Source: Camelus dromedarius
Lineage: Eukaryota
Length of the DNA: 64,000 bases
Assembly: GCF_036321535.1 (NCBI RefSeq)
Contig: NC_087447.1
Coordinates: forward strand, 47,804,001-47,868,000
Direction of reading: 5' to 3'
Of the stretch, positions 12,301 through 25,371 are shown piece after piece. A program made the position numbers and the translations under genes. Position 1 is the stretch's first letter; every line of letters starts with the position of its first letter. The notes beneath the pieces were generated by a model, which saw only the letters and a program-made list of their open reading frames with translations, was not told where the DNA came from and did not search any database.

Positions 12301-14109
12301 ATAATGTGTCTTATGAAACCCGTCATGACTTGGCCCTTGCGGTCGATCTACCCCTTGACACGGCCCCCAACACTCAGCTCCAGCCCTTCTGAATGGATCC
12401 CTTGCAATCTGAACTAAATAGATTGATTTAAATAAAACGTTTGCGAGAGAGCTTGTTCTGTGAGCTCTTGTTCTTGCTTACCGCTGTCATCCACAAGTCA
12501 AGTCCACCTGTCCTTTAAAGCCCAGCTCAATTGCCCCCTCCTCCAGCAGGCTTTGTGGATCCAGAATACAGCAGAGTGGCATAAGCCCTGCAAGAGAATG
12601 GGTGAGTCCTACACTGGGGACAGAGTGTTGGTTAAATCCCACTGTGAGGGTGAAGAGCTGCCTGGGGGAGGGGACTTTGAGCTGGTTTGTGAAGGAGAAG
12701 GGATTTTAGCCTGTTCTCCAGGACAAAAGAAAAGCATGAACAAACGTAGGGATGTGTGTGTCAAAGGACTGAGTGGCTTGGAGAACTGTGGGACATCCTG
12801 TAGGACTAGAGTGTGGAAGGCTAATAGGGAGTGGGGACAGGGGAGTGTGGAAGGGTCAATGGAGCAGGTCACACAGGGCCTTGAAGGACATCCTGAGAGA
12901 CTTATGCTTCCTCCTCCTGTGGGGGATGGAGAGTCGCTGAGCAGGATTGTGAGGTTGGGATTGTCAGATGGTCAACTGCCTGATTGAGCCCAACTCTCAA
13001 TGAAGTGGGGGAAATTGAGGTGGTAGCTGGTATGAGGGGGCATTCTGTAAGCTGGCAGGCTGACCAGAAGAAGCTGGGGAAAGTAGGATAGGCAGCTTGA
13101 ACTCTGGCTCTGGAGGCCTGGGGTTGGGGTAAGGGGCCAGGCCCTGAGTCTGTTTCTCCTCCTCAATCCATTTCCTGGCCTCCTCTTCCATGCCACCTCC
13201 TCTCCCCCATCAAGACCAGAGAGGGGCTGGGAGGCAGCTCCTGGTACCTCCCCCAGTCACTATGGGGCTGTTCTATTCATCCATCTGGCCCAGCCCCCGC
13301 AGGGGCCTCTGTAGTCAGGTCTTTGTGTCTGCACAGTGGCCCTCTTTGTCCTGAGCAGCCCCCCCCCCCCAACCCGCCGCCGCCATCCTTCTCTGTCTGC
13401 CTGTGTTACAAAAAGCACCAGTTTCGCAGAGAGACTGATCAGGGCTCTGATCTTGGCTTCCTTCCCCCATTGCATCTCTGTGTGACCCTAACCAAGTCAT
13501 TTTGCTTCTCTGAGGTTTGGTTTTTGGTCCATGAAAAGGATCTTTGTGAGGAATCAAACCCCTGACAAGAACTGGTCTGCTACCCAGTGCTGAGAGACAA
13601 ACAACAAATGATGTCCACAGGGACCCCTACCCAACCTCATGCTGTTCATTGAAACTCCTGCTTCCACCACTCACCTCATTCTCACCACTGCCTGGCCAGG
13701 TGGCTGTCATTCTCCCATTTGGCAGATGAGAAAACCAAGGCCTGAGGATAGGTCTGTCTTCATAGACGTGTGACCTATGCTTCGAAGGGCTTCTACTTGA
13801 TTCAATGTTCTGCTAGCCCATCTTGAGACTCTAATTAGTTTTTTTTTAAACAAGTTTTATTTTATTATCCTTATGCATAAAGGCCTATATCACTGTGGTT
13901 TTTAAATAACAGTGGACAGAAAAACTCCTGGGGAAAGGCTTCTGATTTGAGATGTCAAACTAAACTCATCTATTTACCTCTTCTTCCTCTCAATACCACA
14001 GTAAAATGATCATAAGATAATATGAAATGGTATGCACACCAATAGCCATGATTACAATGGGGGCAGATATCAGCAGATGCAGTGGCCAATATATTTTTAG
14101 TAGATATTT

Positions 14110-14225
14110 TATAATAGGCAGCATAATGACCCACAACGATGTCCACATTTTAATCCCCAGAACGTGTAGCTATGTCACCTTACATGGCAAAAGATACTTT
14201 GCTGATATGATTAAGATTAAAGATC
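14110..14225 (+). mobile_element. MLT1 (MaLR) LTR 5' fragment
   Basis: ATAATGACCCACAACGATGTCCACATTTTAATCCCCAGAAC...TATGTCACCTTACATGGCAAAAG...GATTAAG is the typical MLT1D/E start. Confidence 0.75.
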
Positions 14226-14237
14226 GTTTTAAAAACA

Positions 14238-14402
14238 TTTTTAATTGAAGTGTAGTTGATTTACAGTGTTAGTTTTAGGTGTACAGCAAAGTGATTCAAT
14301 TATACATGTATATATGTATATATTTTCTTTTCTGATTATTTTCCATTATATGTTATTACAAGAAATTGAATATAGTTCCCTGTGCTATACAGTAGGTCCT
14401 TG
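14238..14402 (-). mobile_element. 5'-truncated L1 3' end (cetartiodactyl type)
   Basis: TTTTAATTGAAGTGTAGTTGATTTACAGTGTT...GTACAGCAAAGTGATTC...TTGAATATAGTTCCCTGTGCTATACAGTAGGTCCT is the typical reverse complement of an L1 3' terminus. Confidence 0.85.
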
Positions 14403-14844
14403 TGAGACTCTTAGTAGTTTTTGAACAAGAGATCTGCATTTTCATTTTGCCCTGGGTCCCCCAAATTGTCCTGCTGTCAGGGAGGTAGGGAGAGGCTTGC
14501 CTAGGCCTGGACCAGGCTTCCTGCCTCTTGGGCTGCCTCTCCTGGGTGCCTGCATCCTAACATGCCAAAAACCAGAGTTTTCAGGCTGCATTTGGCATCA
14601 GAGGCCTGGCCCCTGCCAGGGAAATCTGAGGAGCACAGTTCCCGGTCAGTGAGGCAGGCAGGGATGGGCCAGGCCAACACAGCAGTTCAGAGAGCAAGAC
14701 AAGGCTGCTGGAGCCAGCCCAGCCCCATGTAACCGGAGCCTCAGTGTGGGTCCCAACGCTGAGGCTCAGCCATCACTTTGAAAACTCAGCGGGGCCCTCC
14801 TTCCCAGCCTATTGCAGTTCCAGGACCAGGGGACCTACCACAGA

Positions 14845-15200
14845 CTCACTGTGTGATTTGGACATTCACTTCCCCTTTCTGAACCTCATTTTCCCTATAT
14901 GTAAAGTGATAATGATCACACCTATCTCATAGGATTCTGGTGAAGATTTAAATGAGATACTTGAACACAGACTAGCACACACTAGCAGAAAATGATCTGT
15001 AAATAGAGTTCTCACTCGTTCACTCATACAACAAATATTTATGGAGGCTATCCAGGTGACAGGGACAGTGCTGGGTGCTGGGTATTTAACTGTGAACAGG
15101 ATGGACACTACTCTGCCCTCAAATAGATCCCCATTAGAGAGGGAGATAGACACTGACAGTGATAAGATGGTGATAAGTGATGTGACAAAGCAGGGTACCT
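14845..15200. mobile_element. MIR followed by L2 fragment
   Basis: CTGTGTGATTTGGACATTCACTT...CCTCATTTTCCC...GTAAAGTG...GATTTAAATGAGAT, then CAACAAATATTTA...GTGCTGGGTGCTGG. Confidence 0.7.
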
Positions 15201-17479
15201 GATGGGGTGCCTGGGCTGGGCCTTAGAGGAGCCATGATGGGGAGTCAGGAGAAAGGGCCAAGGGCAAAGAAACATCCAGAGGCATTGCAGGCAGAGGAGC
15301 AGCAAGAGCCAGGCAGCAGGCGAGTGAGGCCCCAGCACAGCAGCCTGGCTGGATCAGAGGCAGGAGGTGAGGAGGGTAGTTGGGAGAGCCTGGAGTGGCA
15401 GGCTGCAGAGCCAGGCATTATCTCAAGGGTGTGAGGCAGGCGATGGCTGGGAGGGGCCATGGAAATACCACCCTAACCTGTGAAGGGGGGCTTGGAGGTG
15501 TCCGGTCTCAGCTGACTAGGAGGCCTGAGCCAGGGCAGGGGCTCCACCCCCAGCATAGATTCTCAGAGCGGATTTTCTCAGGGGAGATGAGGGAAGTCAG
15601 AAAGGGAAGATGAGAAGGCTTGAGAGAGCCAAATGCCTCCTCAGGGTCAGAGAGGCAGGAAGAATCCTAATGCCTGGGGAGAAGCGCTCCTGGTCTTGCC
15701 CTCCCCATCCTGACCTGCTGGTGCTAATGGAACCCTGCTCCTTGCCTCCTCTCACAGTGCCCCCTCCTCACAGGGACCCTTATGTGCCTGCACCTCCACC
15801 ACTAGCCTGCCTTGGCTCCATGATCTTCCACCCACCCAGATGGGGCCTTGTGTGGGGCTTGCTGTGGGACTCCCTGGGCCTCAGTTCCTGGCTGGATCAA
15901 TGGTTCATCAAAATCATACCGGGAAATGTAAGTAAATACAAATATAAAAGCAAAGGAGCTCAGGTTGAAGTGAGATGGAGGCTCCTAGGGCTGCCCTGAT
16001 TAGAGGAGACTCTGCTGGGGAGCCTGCTGGACTTGGTGATCTTTAAGCTTAGTGATGAGAGTGCCAGGGGGAGATGTCAGGAGACCTAGCCCCTCATCAG
16101 AGGGGAGTACTAACCTTTTGAACCTTAGCTGCTTGGGATGGTAGGCAAAACCTTGAAAAAAGAACCTTAGACGGCCAGTGAGAAAGGGATCATTACTGCC
16201 ATTTTGCAGAAGGGAAACAGACTCAGAGAAGCATCACAGGAGGTGAGGCAAGAATAGAACATGAACTCAACATGAACTTTAAGGGCAAGTCCCTTTCTTC
16301 TGTGCCTCAGGCCTAAGTCACCTGTTGTGGTAGTTCAGACACTGTGTGTCTTAGGGATGCAATTTCTTCCTCTGTAAAGTAAGGGGGTTGGACTGGAGCA
16401 GGAACAAGACTCTGGGCTGCCCACCCTCTGGCTGGAGACTGAGGTAGAGCCCTAGGTCCTCATCTTGGTATCAAAGGAACTTTTTCTCTGGGCCTAAACA
16501 GCAGTTACAGTCAAGATATGAAGGGAGAGGAGAGAAGGGGGTTGGCTGGGGCCTCCAATGTTCAGGAGGACTTCCCTGCAGAGACTCCAAGGCCTGGGCT
16601 CCATAAGTAAGGGCCATAGGGATCCCCAGCTCCCCAGAAGCTGCATGGATCAACTTGGAGAGTAAGTGGAGGAGGCTGGACAAGGAGCCTTTGTGTTTCC
16701 TGGGTGAAGGTTCCTGGGGCACTGCAGGGGTGGCTCAGCCACACAGGGCTGTGTGTCCACCCTGCTGCAAGCCTGCAGCCAGGCTCCAGTCAGCTGATGT
16801 GGAGCCCAGCAGGACCCAAGGTCCCAGGGTTCTGGGCAAGCTCCTTGGCCACAGAAACAGGTCACCTGTGCACTCGCTCAGACACTGACTGTCCAAAGCC
16901 CCACATGGAAGGATACTGGTGGCAGGAGGGTGAGTGTGATTGTCTCTATTTCACAGAAAAGTAGGCCCTGAGAGGGACTGGAACTGGGTCAGGGTTTTCC
17001 AGAGTCAATGATTAAGCTGAGCCAGAACCTGCACTCCTGACACCTAGACAAGAATGACAGACAGGGGCATTCGTTCATCTCCCATTCCCACATTCAACAA
17101 GTATTGGGCAAATCCTGGGACTTCTGGGACGACAGCAGGAAGAAGGCAGATAGACCTGGTCCCTGATCTGGAGCTCACAGTCTAGGAAAGGGAAAGACTT
17201 AGGGTCCCTAGCCACAGGAGCCATCAGAGTGGGGTTGAGGGTAGAGAAGGGAGTGATGTTTGTGGCTGGAGTAGTCTGAGAAGGCGACTCAAGGGAAGCA
17301 GCTTGAAATGACAGACCAAAAAGCGGATTGTTCAGGAAATTTCTTAATCTGGATGAGATTAAGCAAAGAAAGCACAGAGGAGGCTCCCTCCACCCTCCTC
17401 TCCGGAACTGGAGAGGCAGGACCCTGAATGCCTGGATTTCCTCCCTAGGGCAATGGGAGGCTAGGGCTTTGCGCAAGCT

Positions 17480-18260
17480 CTCTGGGAGGAGTGGGCGCAG
17501 GTTCGCAGGAAGGTCTCTAGGTGGGCTGTAGCAGGGGCCACACAGGCGCCAGACAAACTTTGCAAAGCTTTAGCGTCTTTTGAAAACCTCTCATCCTCCC
17601 GTGTAAGGAAGGCGGGGGTGGGGGAGATGGGGCGATGGCCTTGGTCCCCAGGCGGTAGGACCGTCACCGCCGGCCCCTCCCAAGGCAGCACCTGAAGCGG
17701 ACATGCTGATCCCGCGGCCCTATCGCTGGGCGGCGTCCTCCAGCGGGTGGCTGGGTGTCTGTCGGGGCGGGAGGTGGTGGTAAGGATGCCTGGGTCTGTC
17801 CAGAGTCTGCCCCGCCCCCGGCCTGACCCGGAGGGGTGGAGAGCTGCGCGGAGTGGGCAGGGCTCTCAGGCACGTGGATCCTTGCGGCGGCTGGACTCGG
17901 GCGCGGACACCCGGGAGCAGCGGCCCGGGCACCACGGGGCGAACGGACGAACGCCCCGCGAGGTGAGGGCGGGCAGTTTACAGGGGCCAGAGGCGGAGAA
18001 AGGGCGGCGGGCGTGCCCGGGAACGCGGCGGGTGGCGATTCAGCCGGCGCCAGGCAGGCAGAGCCGCGCATGAGGCTGGCCGAGGGGGCACGGTTCTGGG
18101 CCGGTGTGAGCGTTCCATCGGGTCCATGGTGGAGCTCAGTTTTCACTGGAGCATCGATCTTGCGGAATGTGGACTGATACCCTGGTGAGTGTGTGTTCGC
18201 GTATTGGGAAAGTTTGGGTGTCACTGGCTGAGTGCGTGCGCCCCTGCGGGGTTGAGTGGC
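17480..18260 (+). promoter_or_regulatory. P2RY2: CpG island / P2RY2 promoter
   Basis: Dense CpG and very high GC. GC boxes GGGGCGGG 17764-17771 and CCCCGCCCC 17810-17818, E-box CACGTG 17871-17876, and C/EBP palindrome TTGCGCAA just upstream at 17469-17476. No TATA box seen. Confidence 0.9.
17840..17962 (+). other. P2RY2: P2RY2 non-coding exon 1 (start approximate)
   Basis: Strong donor GAG|GTGAGG with GT at 17963 inside the CpG island. No ATG in the exon. The TSS cannot be determined from sequence. Confidence 0.65.
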
Positions 18261-21162
18261 TGAACCTGTGGAACTTGTTTGTTTGAGTGCTCTGGTGTGG
18301 GTGCCCTCGCGGCATGGAACCATGGCCAGAGACAGGCCAAACCTGGAGTCCCGCTGAGCCCCCTACCTCCAGGGGCACTCTGGGTGGCAGCTTCTCCTAG
18401 GCTTCGGCAAGATTGGGAGGGCTGGGGCAGTGGCCTGGAAGGACAGTTAAGCCTCTGTCAGGGGACTTTTAATCTGGCAGGCTGCTGTAGGAAGGGTCAG
18501 TCGGGAGAAAGGCATTGTATTCCCTCCTCTCCCCAGCTAAGGCTGTAGCAGGCTTAGGGTCCCCCCAGGAGCCCAGACCCAACGGCCAGACCCTACTGCA
18601 GACCAGGACTGACTGTTCAGGGGTCTGTGGGGGCTCTTCCTTTCAGCATGCATCCTCAGCTTCCCTGGGCCCACAGCGTGAAGTGCCGGCTTTGTTTTGT
18701 GTCTAGGCTAGAATAATGAGGAGCTTTTGAGGGCCAGGGTGGAGCCCAGATAAAGTCTCAGCTACCTATGTGTAGGAGTGTTTGGGAAGGAGAGTCTTTG
18801 AGCAGACAGGGCCCTCAAAATCTCTCTGGAGACCCAGAGATCCATACTCCATCCTGCCATGCACAGTGTGACCCTGGGCAAGGCACATCCCTTTTCTGAG
18901 TCTCAGTGACCTCATATGTAAAAGGGGAATAATAATGATGTGGAACTTGAGAGCTGTTGAGGAGCTGGTGTGTGGGTCATGTTTAGCACCAGTGTCCTCC
19001 TGGGCAGGCTTACTGCTTGAGGGTAGGAGGGTCAGTGCCTGGAGGAAACTTCCTGAAATCCAAATCCCAACCATTCTCCTCCTTGAGCTAAACTTTCACG
19101 GGACTTACACAGGTCCAAGCCTGGATCCCTTAGCCTGGGACTCAAGGCCTCTGAGAACTGGTCCTTGCCACCCTCTCCAGACACCTCTCCTGCCTAACTC
19201 TTCACCCTCTAGTAAATGCATGTAATCTGCTGTGCACACTAGTCATTTTCTTGCCTCTGGACCATTGCATAGTCTATGCTCACTGCCTGAAATGCCCTCC
19301 TACTCTCATCTTCCTCAGTTGGAGAACTACCTAGCATTGAGGCCCAGCTCAGATGTCCCCTCCTCTGGGAAGCCTTCCTTGATTCCCCAGCTGGGTTGGA
19401 GCCTCTTCTGGGCTCTTGCAGTCCTAACACTGACAGCCCTGGTCCCACCTTAGACTGTTATGGTCTCTGTCTCTCTTCTCCTTCCCAAGGTCTGGAGACC
19501 ACTGGAGGGCAGGAACTGGGTCTTACTCATTTTGGTGTTGCCAGAACCCTACATAGGGCCAAGCTGAGCTGAGAGAGCAGCAGCAGTCTTTAACTCCTGC
19601 CTGCTGTCCCCAGCTTCCCCCATGAAAGCCTGTTTATAGTGCAGCTCCATGTCATTACAAAGAAGGGAAAACCAGAATCCGGTCATCAGAATGGGTGGCA
19701 CAGATTGTTAGAACAGTGTGTCCTGGGGCACTACGGGACTCAGAGTGTGCAAGCTAAAAACTTGGATTTCGGCTTATAGGCAAAAGGGAGCCATGGAAGG
19801 TTTGTGAGCAGGGCAGATTCATGGTCAGAGCAGCATTTCAGAAAGATCTCTCCAGCTACACTGTGGAGAATGAATTGAGTAGTGTTAAGTATAGGGAGGT
19901 CAGGACATTTGTGATATAGACACCAGAAACATCCAGGCATTATTTAAACTCTGAGCCCTTGCCCCCTTGGCCAGATACTTCTCTGAGTTCTCAGATACTC
20001 TTGCTGAAGAATTTGAGGACAGTTAGAGCTTGAGATTGATCTCACCCCAGCTCTGTCCCCAACTTGCTGGGTGGCCTTGGGGCAGTTCCTGCCCTGCCAG
20101 CCTCTAAAAGAAGGCCAGAACAAGCGAAGTCCTGAACTGAGAGTATGTGTGGGGAAGGCCCTGGCACAAAAGGCTTGTTACTCTCTACTTCCTCCTGCCT
20201 TGGGCTGTCCTGGGGTCTGGCCAGCAGGGTTGGAGGATCACAGTGGGTGACACTCCCAAATGGCTGCCAAGCTGAGACTGTAGAGTGAGGCTATGGCCCC
20301 TCCATTCTTGTCATTCTCCTGCCCAGGGTGCACAGGGCTCTGAGAAGTCTTGATCCTCCAAGGATCAGCTCAGAGAGTGTGAGAACATCACCAAGGCCCC
20401 ATAAGTAACCCCGTGAGTGCTTTGATTTGGCTTCTTTCCTGGCTGTGAGAAGCCACTGTGCCCCTTTCGGTGTCAACTGTGCCATCTGTAAATTGGGCGT
20501 GATGATCCTTATGTATTTGAATGAAAGATTGCTATGAGGACTCTTGAGACAGTGTCCAGGCAAGGGCTTTGTAAGCTGTGAAGTGCATACACAGGGGAGA
20601 CATATGATACTCATAGACCTAAATGCATTTTCAGGGTGATACTAGAGCACAAGTACAGTAGCACAGGATCGATCGTGCTGGTTACTGGAACTTTAGCTAT
20701 TGACTTCCTTTCTCCCCCTGCTCCCTCTCTGCAGAGATAGCTTACTAGTAACATTTTATAAATGTCCCTTATTTTATCTTCCGTCAACCCTATGAGGGAG
20801 GAATTATTGTCCTCGTTTTGCAGATAAAGAAATAAAGGCTCAGAGAGCATCTTGCCCCAGGTCACAAAGCAGAGGTGAAACCTGGGGTTCCTGCCTACCT
20901 GCCCTAGCTTATCCCTCCCCGCTCCAGACAGAAGCCCCGTCTGGGTAAGGCCTGGTCCTCTAGCTTTCAGGCTGAAGGAAGTTTGAATCTTGCCCTGAAA
21001 ACATGTCTTTAGTTCTTGCTTGAGGTCTGGTTACCCAGCTGCTGATAAGATATTGCCTACTCCAGCTGCCACAGGGCCAGAGAAACCTCTGCTGATCTGA
21101 GTGAGAGGGAGTAGAGTGAATCTTTCCTCTCTCCAAATGTCCTTCCGTGGGTGTGTCTGGTG

Positions 21163-21212
21163 CACCTTTTGGTCCACACCTTTGGTCCACACCTTGGTCC
21201 ACACCTTTGGTC
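21163..21212. repeat. Short tandem repeat, ~4 x 13-mer (CACACCTTTGGTC)
   Basis: CACCTTTTGGTC CACACCTTTGGTC CACACCTTGGTC CACACCTTTGGTC. Confidence 0.9.
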
Positions 21213-24200
21213 TATAGGCTCCTTTGTGTCTTCAGGCCTCTCCCAGCTGTCCAGCCCTGATGTGGGGAGGCTGGCTATGGGGGCCTTCCCTGACCTTTGC
21301 ACTCCTCCTGGAGGTCAGCTGCAGGACTAGGCCAGGCCAGGCCCGCTTTCGCTCCCTGTCCACGCCACCCAACACAGGGTAGGCAGAGGGTGCCAGGGAG
21401 TGTTTGGGAAATGAGTGACCAGGTGAAAGTGAGCATATGATGGAAGGGGGGGGCCTTACTCCATGGAGAGCTGCAGTTGGCTCTTGAGCAGAGGAGTTCT
21501 TCCACTCCTCTGTCACCCCGTCTCCTGGGCCTGAGATGTGTCTGGTCCGGTGAGTAGCTGGAGTCCCTGCTGGGAAGGTGGGCATCCTAGGCTCTTCTGG
21601 GCAGCTGCTTCCTCCTTGGCCCTGTACCCTGGTACCCTGTCACTGTCATTGCAGTGATAATGATACTACCTGGGCCCTGGAGCATGGGAGGAGGGCCTCC
21701 TTCAGACTTCTTGGAGCCCAGTCCTCTCCCCCTGCCTCAGAGGAGGATATTGGTGTTGCTGTGGCTTCCTGGTGAGCGCCCAGCTTCCTCAGCCCCAGCT
21801 TCCTCAGACCCAGCTTGCGGGAGGAGGAGGCTTGCTATGGCTTGGCTGTGGGCTGGCAAGGATACTTCTCATCTCACAGGGAATCCAGGGCCAAGGGACC
21901 GGATCTTCCCACCAGACCATGGTCTGTGTAGTCTCCTCGACCTCCCTGCCTTCTGACTCCCCTTTCCTATCCACCATCTATGTGGCACCATCTCTGCAAA
22001 GGTCAACTCTGACCATGTCCTTCCCTGCTTAAGTTCTATCATTGTCCTTAGGGTTGAGGCTCCCACACATTCTGTGCCACCTAACCTTCCACTCCAGCTT
22101 CATATATTCCAGGCCTTCCCTTGATAGCCCACACTGTCACCCCACTGAGCCTTTGCACATGCTTCTCCTTCTGCCTTCAGTGCTCTCCTCCCTTTGTGTC
22201 CACCTGACAAACTCCTAATCATCCGTCAAGTCCCAGCTCAAATGACCCCTGGAAAGCTCTCTCTGACCACCTCCTCAGGCCAGCTAGGGGTTACTGTGGG
22301 TTCCACGCCCCCTGGGCTTCCATTGGTCATGGCATAAAAATTTAAGTGGACTTGGCCCATGTCTGTATCTTTCTCCTCATCCAGACTGGAGCTCCTCAAG
22401 GGCCTGACCAAGTCTGATCTGAGTCTGAGTTTGCAGGGTCTCTCTGGGGTCCAGCACATGGGGACATTGGCAAGTGTTTGCTGAGACATTGTGGCTTCTG
22501 GGAAGGTGATTTATGATTGTGTTACTCTGAGAGTCCAGACTCCTGTCGTTCTAAGAATCTCAAAACCAAAGTCTATCAGAAGGAGTGAGTAACAGAATTA
22601 AAGAAACATTCAGCATTCACTTCTAGAACCAGAGACTCAGAATTGGACTGTAAGAGCCAATGAACTCCAAAGCCTGGAAGTACTGTAGTGGGACAGTCTC
22701 AGAATCACAGACTCATTTGTATCCTGTTCTACATTTGTGTCCCTTTTTCTATTTTAGGGTCCCCCTCTTCCTCCCAAACTGGACCCTCCCTGCTTCTCTG
22801 CAGACCTGATCACAGGCCTCTTTCAGGAGCCTTCCCTGACTGCTCTGACCATAACCCCTGCTCCTCCTGTAGGTCACTCGGGAAGGCCCCCTGCTGAGAA
22901 GTGTTTCAGGGTTTCTCTGCCAAGAACAACAGATGCAGCCCCCCGCTACAGGACAGTGCATGATTTGCTAGCCCCATGGAGTACCCACTTGCCCTATTGT
23001 CTTACTCATTCCTCATGAGCTGTCTTATGTAGCAGTGATTTGCCCTGTTTGACCAGTGAAGAACCCGAGGCTCAGAGAGGGGAACTGACTTGACCAAGAT
23101 TGCACAGCTTGGATGGTTCCAAGTTGGAAACTGAACCCAGGGTCCTTGCCTCTTGAGTCTGACTGGAGGCAGTTGAGTGTGATGGGTCAGGGTGAGGTCC
23201 AGGGCATTGTGTTCCTGAACTGGCTCAGTTTAGCAACGTGTCTCTGTGGCTCTGTGCTGGGCTGGGCTGTGTCAGAGGTGGGTCAGATGGTCTGGAGTCC
23301 TACCCCAAAGTGGGGCTGGGGTGCTTAACCCCACACTGAAAATAATTAGAACACCAGACCTTGATAAGGTCATTCTTCTTAAGGAGTCTTGGTTTCCTGA
23401 TCTGTAACTGGGGAGGACCAGCCTGGCTGACCTGAGACCCACATACTCAGATGCTCTGAGCTCAACACCAGCGGGTGGCCCCTGAGGCTGAGGTCCTGGG
23501 GGCTTCCAAGAGGAGATAGGCTCCAGAAGGGGCTACAGAGACCCAGGGCCTCCAGAGGATGCTGCAGAAGCTTTGCACTGCAACAGCACCTGCTGATAAC
23601 ATCTGAGGTTATTACCCCTCAGCTATTTCCCTAGACCAGCCCTAGTGTTTATAGTACAGAAAACACACCAGTCATGCCTGGGGGCCTACTGGCCTTCAGT
23701 CCTATGGGGGACATTTGGAAGAGGGGCAGAAGGTAACTTTCAAGATTCTTCCTGTCCTCCAACCCAACCCTCTCTATTCCGCTCAAGCCATAGGGATGAC
23801 TGACTATTCCCCAAACATACTACATGATCTCCTGCCCCAGTTTTTGCTCACTCTGCTCCTCTTCTCTCTTCACTGGCCTGATTCCCACCCATCTTCCAAA
23901 ATGCAGATGTCCCCTCATCCAGGACGCCTTCCTTGACCACCCCTATTCCCATTAGGGGCCCTCTTTCTTCCTTCAGCCCTGATCACCCTAAGTTATCATT
24001 GCCTATTTCTGGGTCTTCCCCAATACTCTTCCCCTCCACCCCCAATCTTGATAGTGAGCTCCTTGAGGTCACAGAAGGTTCTGACCCATCTCAGAGTCCC
24101 CAGGTGCCCTGCACAGGGCCAGGCATAGATATGGGAGCCTCTGTAAAGGGTGAGTGAGTGAAGGCATAGGGTGGGGTCTAAGTCCTGCTGGGGATCTCTA

Positions 24201-24967
24201 GGCTGCCCTCCATTCTGAGGATGGCCTTCGGTGTGGGAACCTGGACATGTAGTCAGTCTGGCTGTGGTCAGCCTTGTTACTCTGCCCATAATAGCTGTGG
24301 GTTTCCTGCCCCTCTTATCTTGCTGAGATACCCCCATCCTCCCTGCTTTCTCCACCTATCGAAATCATCTCTTTTAATTATTACACAAAATGAGTCTAAA
24401 TCATCTCTTTTAGCTATCTTGACAACCTATGAGGCTGGTACTGTTCTTAGATTGCAAGAAAATTGAGAGTCACGTTGTGGAGCTGAGGCTTGTTCGGGTC
24501 ACTGAGCTGGAATGGCAGAACTGGGATCTCCCACCCGCCCAGTGCCCTCCTCTGCCCCTCCGTGGTGTTCTGGGTCCAGGGCCTCTGTTTCCTTTCACAG
24601 CACCCCACCCCCAGCAGAGTCAGGCAGCAGGAGTTCCCAGAATGGTGACAGGTTACTTTCCCCTGCCAGGCTGGACAGGGCCCGCTAGGTGGGTGGCAAG
24701 CAGGCAGTACACTCTGGAGCCACCCTAATGGAGAACCTGGAATGTTGTCCAACCACCCTGGAAATTCTGCATCCAGCCTGGGAACTGCCTCAGCCACTCC
24801 TCCTGGCTTTGGGCTCACTAACCTGGGGCCACAGGAGAAAGACCCTGTGTGGGTTAGAGGTAGAGCCCCGTCAAGGGGATGGGTAGTCTGTATGCTAGGC
24901 TTGGCTCTGACCTTGGCTTACTGGTGACCTTGGGTGAGATCTTGGACTACCCTTTCTGGCCTTGGAG

Positions 24968-25020
24968 TTTTTTTTTTTCTTTCTTTCTTTTCTTTTCTTT
25001 TCTTTTTTCTTTTTTCTATC

Positions 25021-25074
<54 letters not shown>

Positions 25075-25166
25075 CTTTCTTTCTTTCTTTCTTCTTTCCT
25101 TTCTTTCTTTTTCTCTCTCTCTCTCTCTCTCTTTCTTTCTTTCCTTCTTTCTTTCTTTTCTTTTTT
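24968..25166. repeat. (TTTC)n/(TC)n polypyrimidine microsatellite inside a MIR
   Basis: About 200 bp of almost pure T/C. The MIR halves flank it (GTGACCTTGGGTGAG... / ACTGTGAGATGGGGACAATAA). Confidence 0.95.
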
Positions 25167-25371
25167 AACTGTGAGATGGGGACAATAACCATCATGGCTG
25201 TTTCACAATGGGGAAGCACCAGGAAGAGCACATCTTGGGCCCTGCCAGTAGGGCATTCCCCTCTGGCAGGGAACTAATCAGACAGGCAGAGCTGTGGGGC
25301 TCAAAGAGGGCTGGTCAGGGAGCTTCTTGGAGGGGATGATATGGGCTTTGTAGGGTATGAAGTAGTAGTCA

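Larger units (their letters stand above)
13753..14475. mobile_element. MER91-like hAT-Tip100 element split by an insertion (13839-14402)
   Basis: The left half (CTGTCTTCATAGACGTGTGACCTATGC...CCATCTTGAGACTCT) and right half (TTTTTGAACAAG...GCATTTTCATTTTGCCCTGGGTCCC) match the recalled MER91 consensus. Confidence 0.7.

Noticed and set aside
12460..12987. 175-aa ORF
   Set aside because: It overlaps degenerate L2-derived sequence and shows no domain similarity.
17664..18323. 219-aa minus-strand ORF and other ORFs in the CpG islands (also 55858-56441)
   Set aside because: Pro/Ala/Gly/Arg-rich products typical of stop-poor GC-rich DNA, with no recognisable domain.
21163..21212. Repeat array considered as CRISPR-like
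   Set aside because: The units are contiguous 13-mers without spacers, in eukaryotic DNA.
23467..23482. CTCF-like CCAGCGGGTGGC (also at ~17740)
   Set aside because: It mismatches a core position and cannot be supported without a PWM scan or ChIP data.
25240..25272. Inverted repeat CCCTGCCAG...CTGGCAGGG as a possible RNA hairpin
   Set aside because: The stem is only 9 bp, too short for a pre-miRNA, and is expected by chance.
24879..25277. Phe/Leu/Ser-rich and Lys/Glu/Arg-rich ORFs
   Set aside because: These are translations of the TTTC microsatellite.
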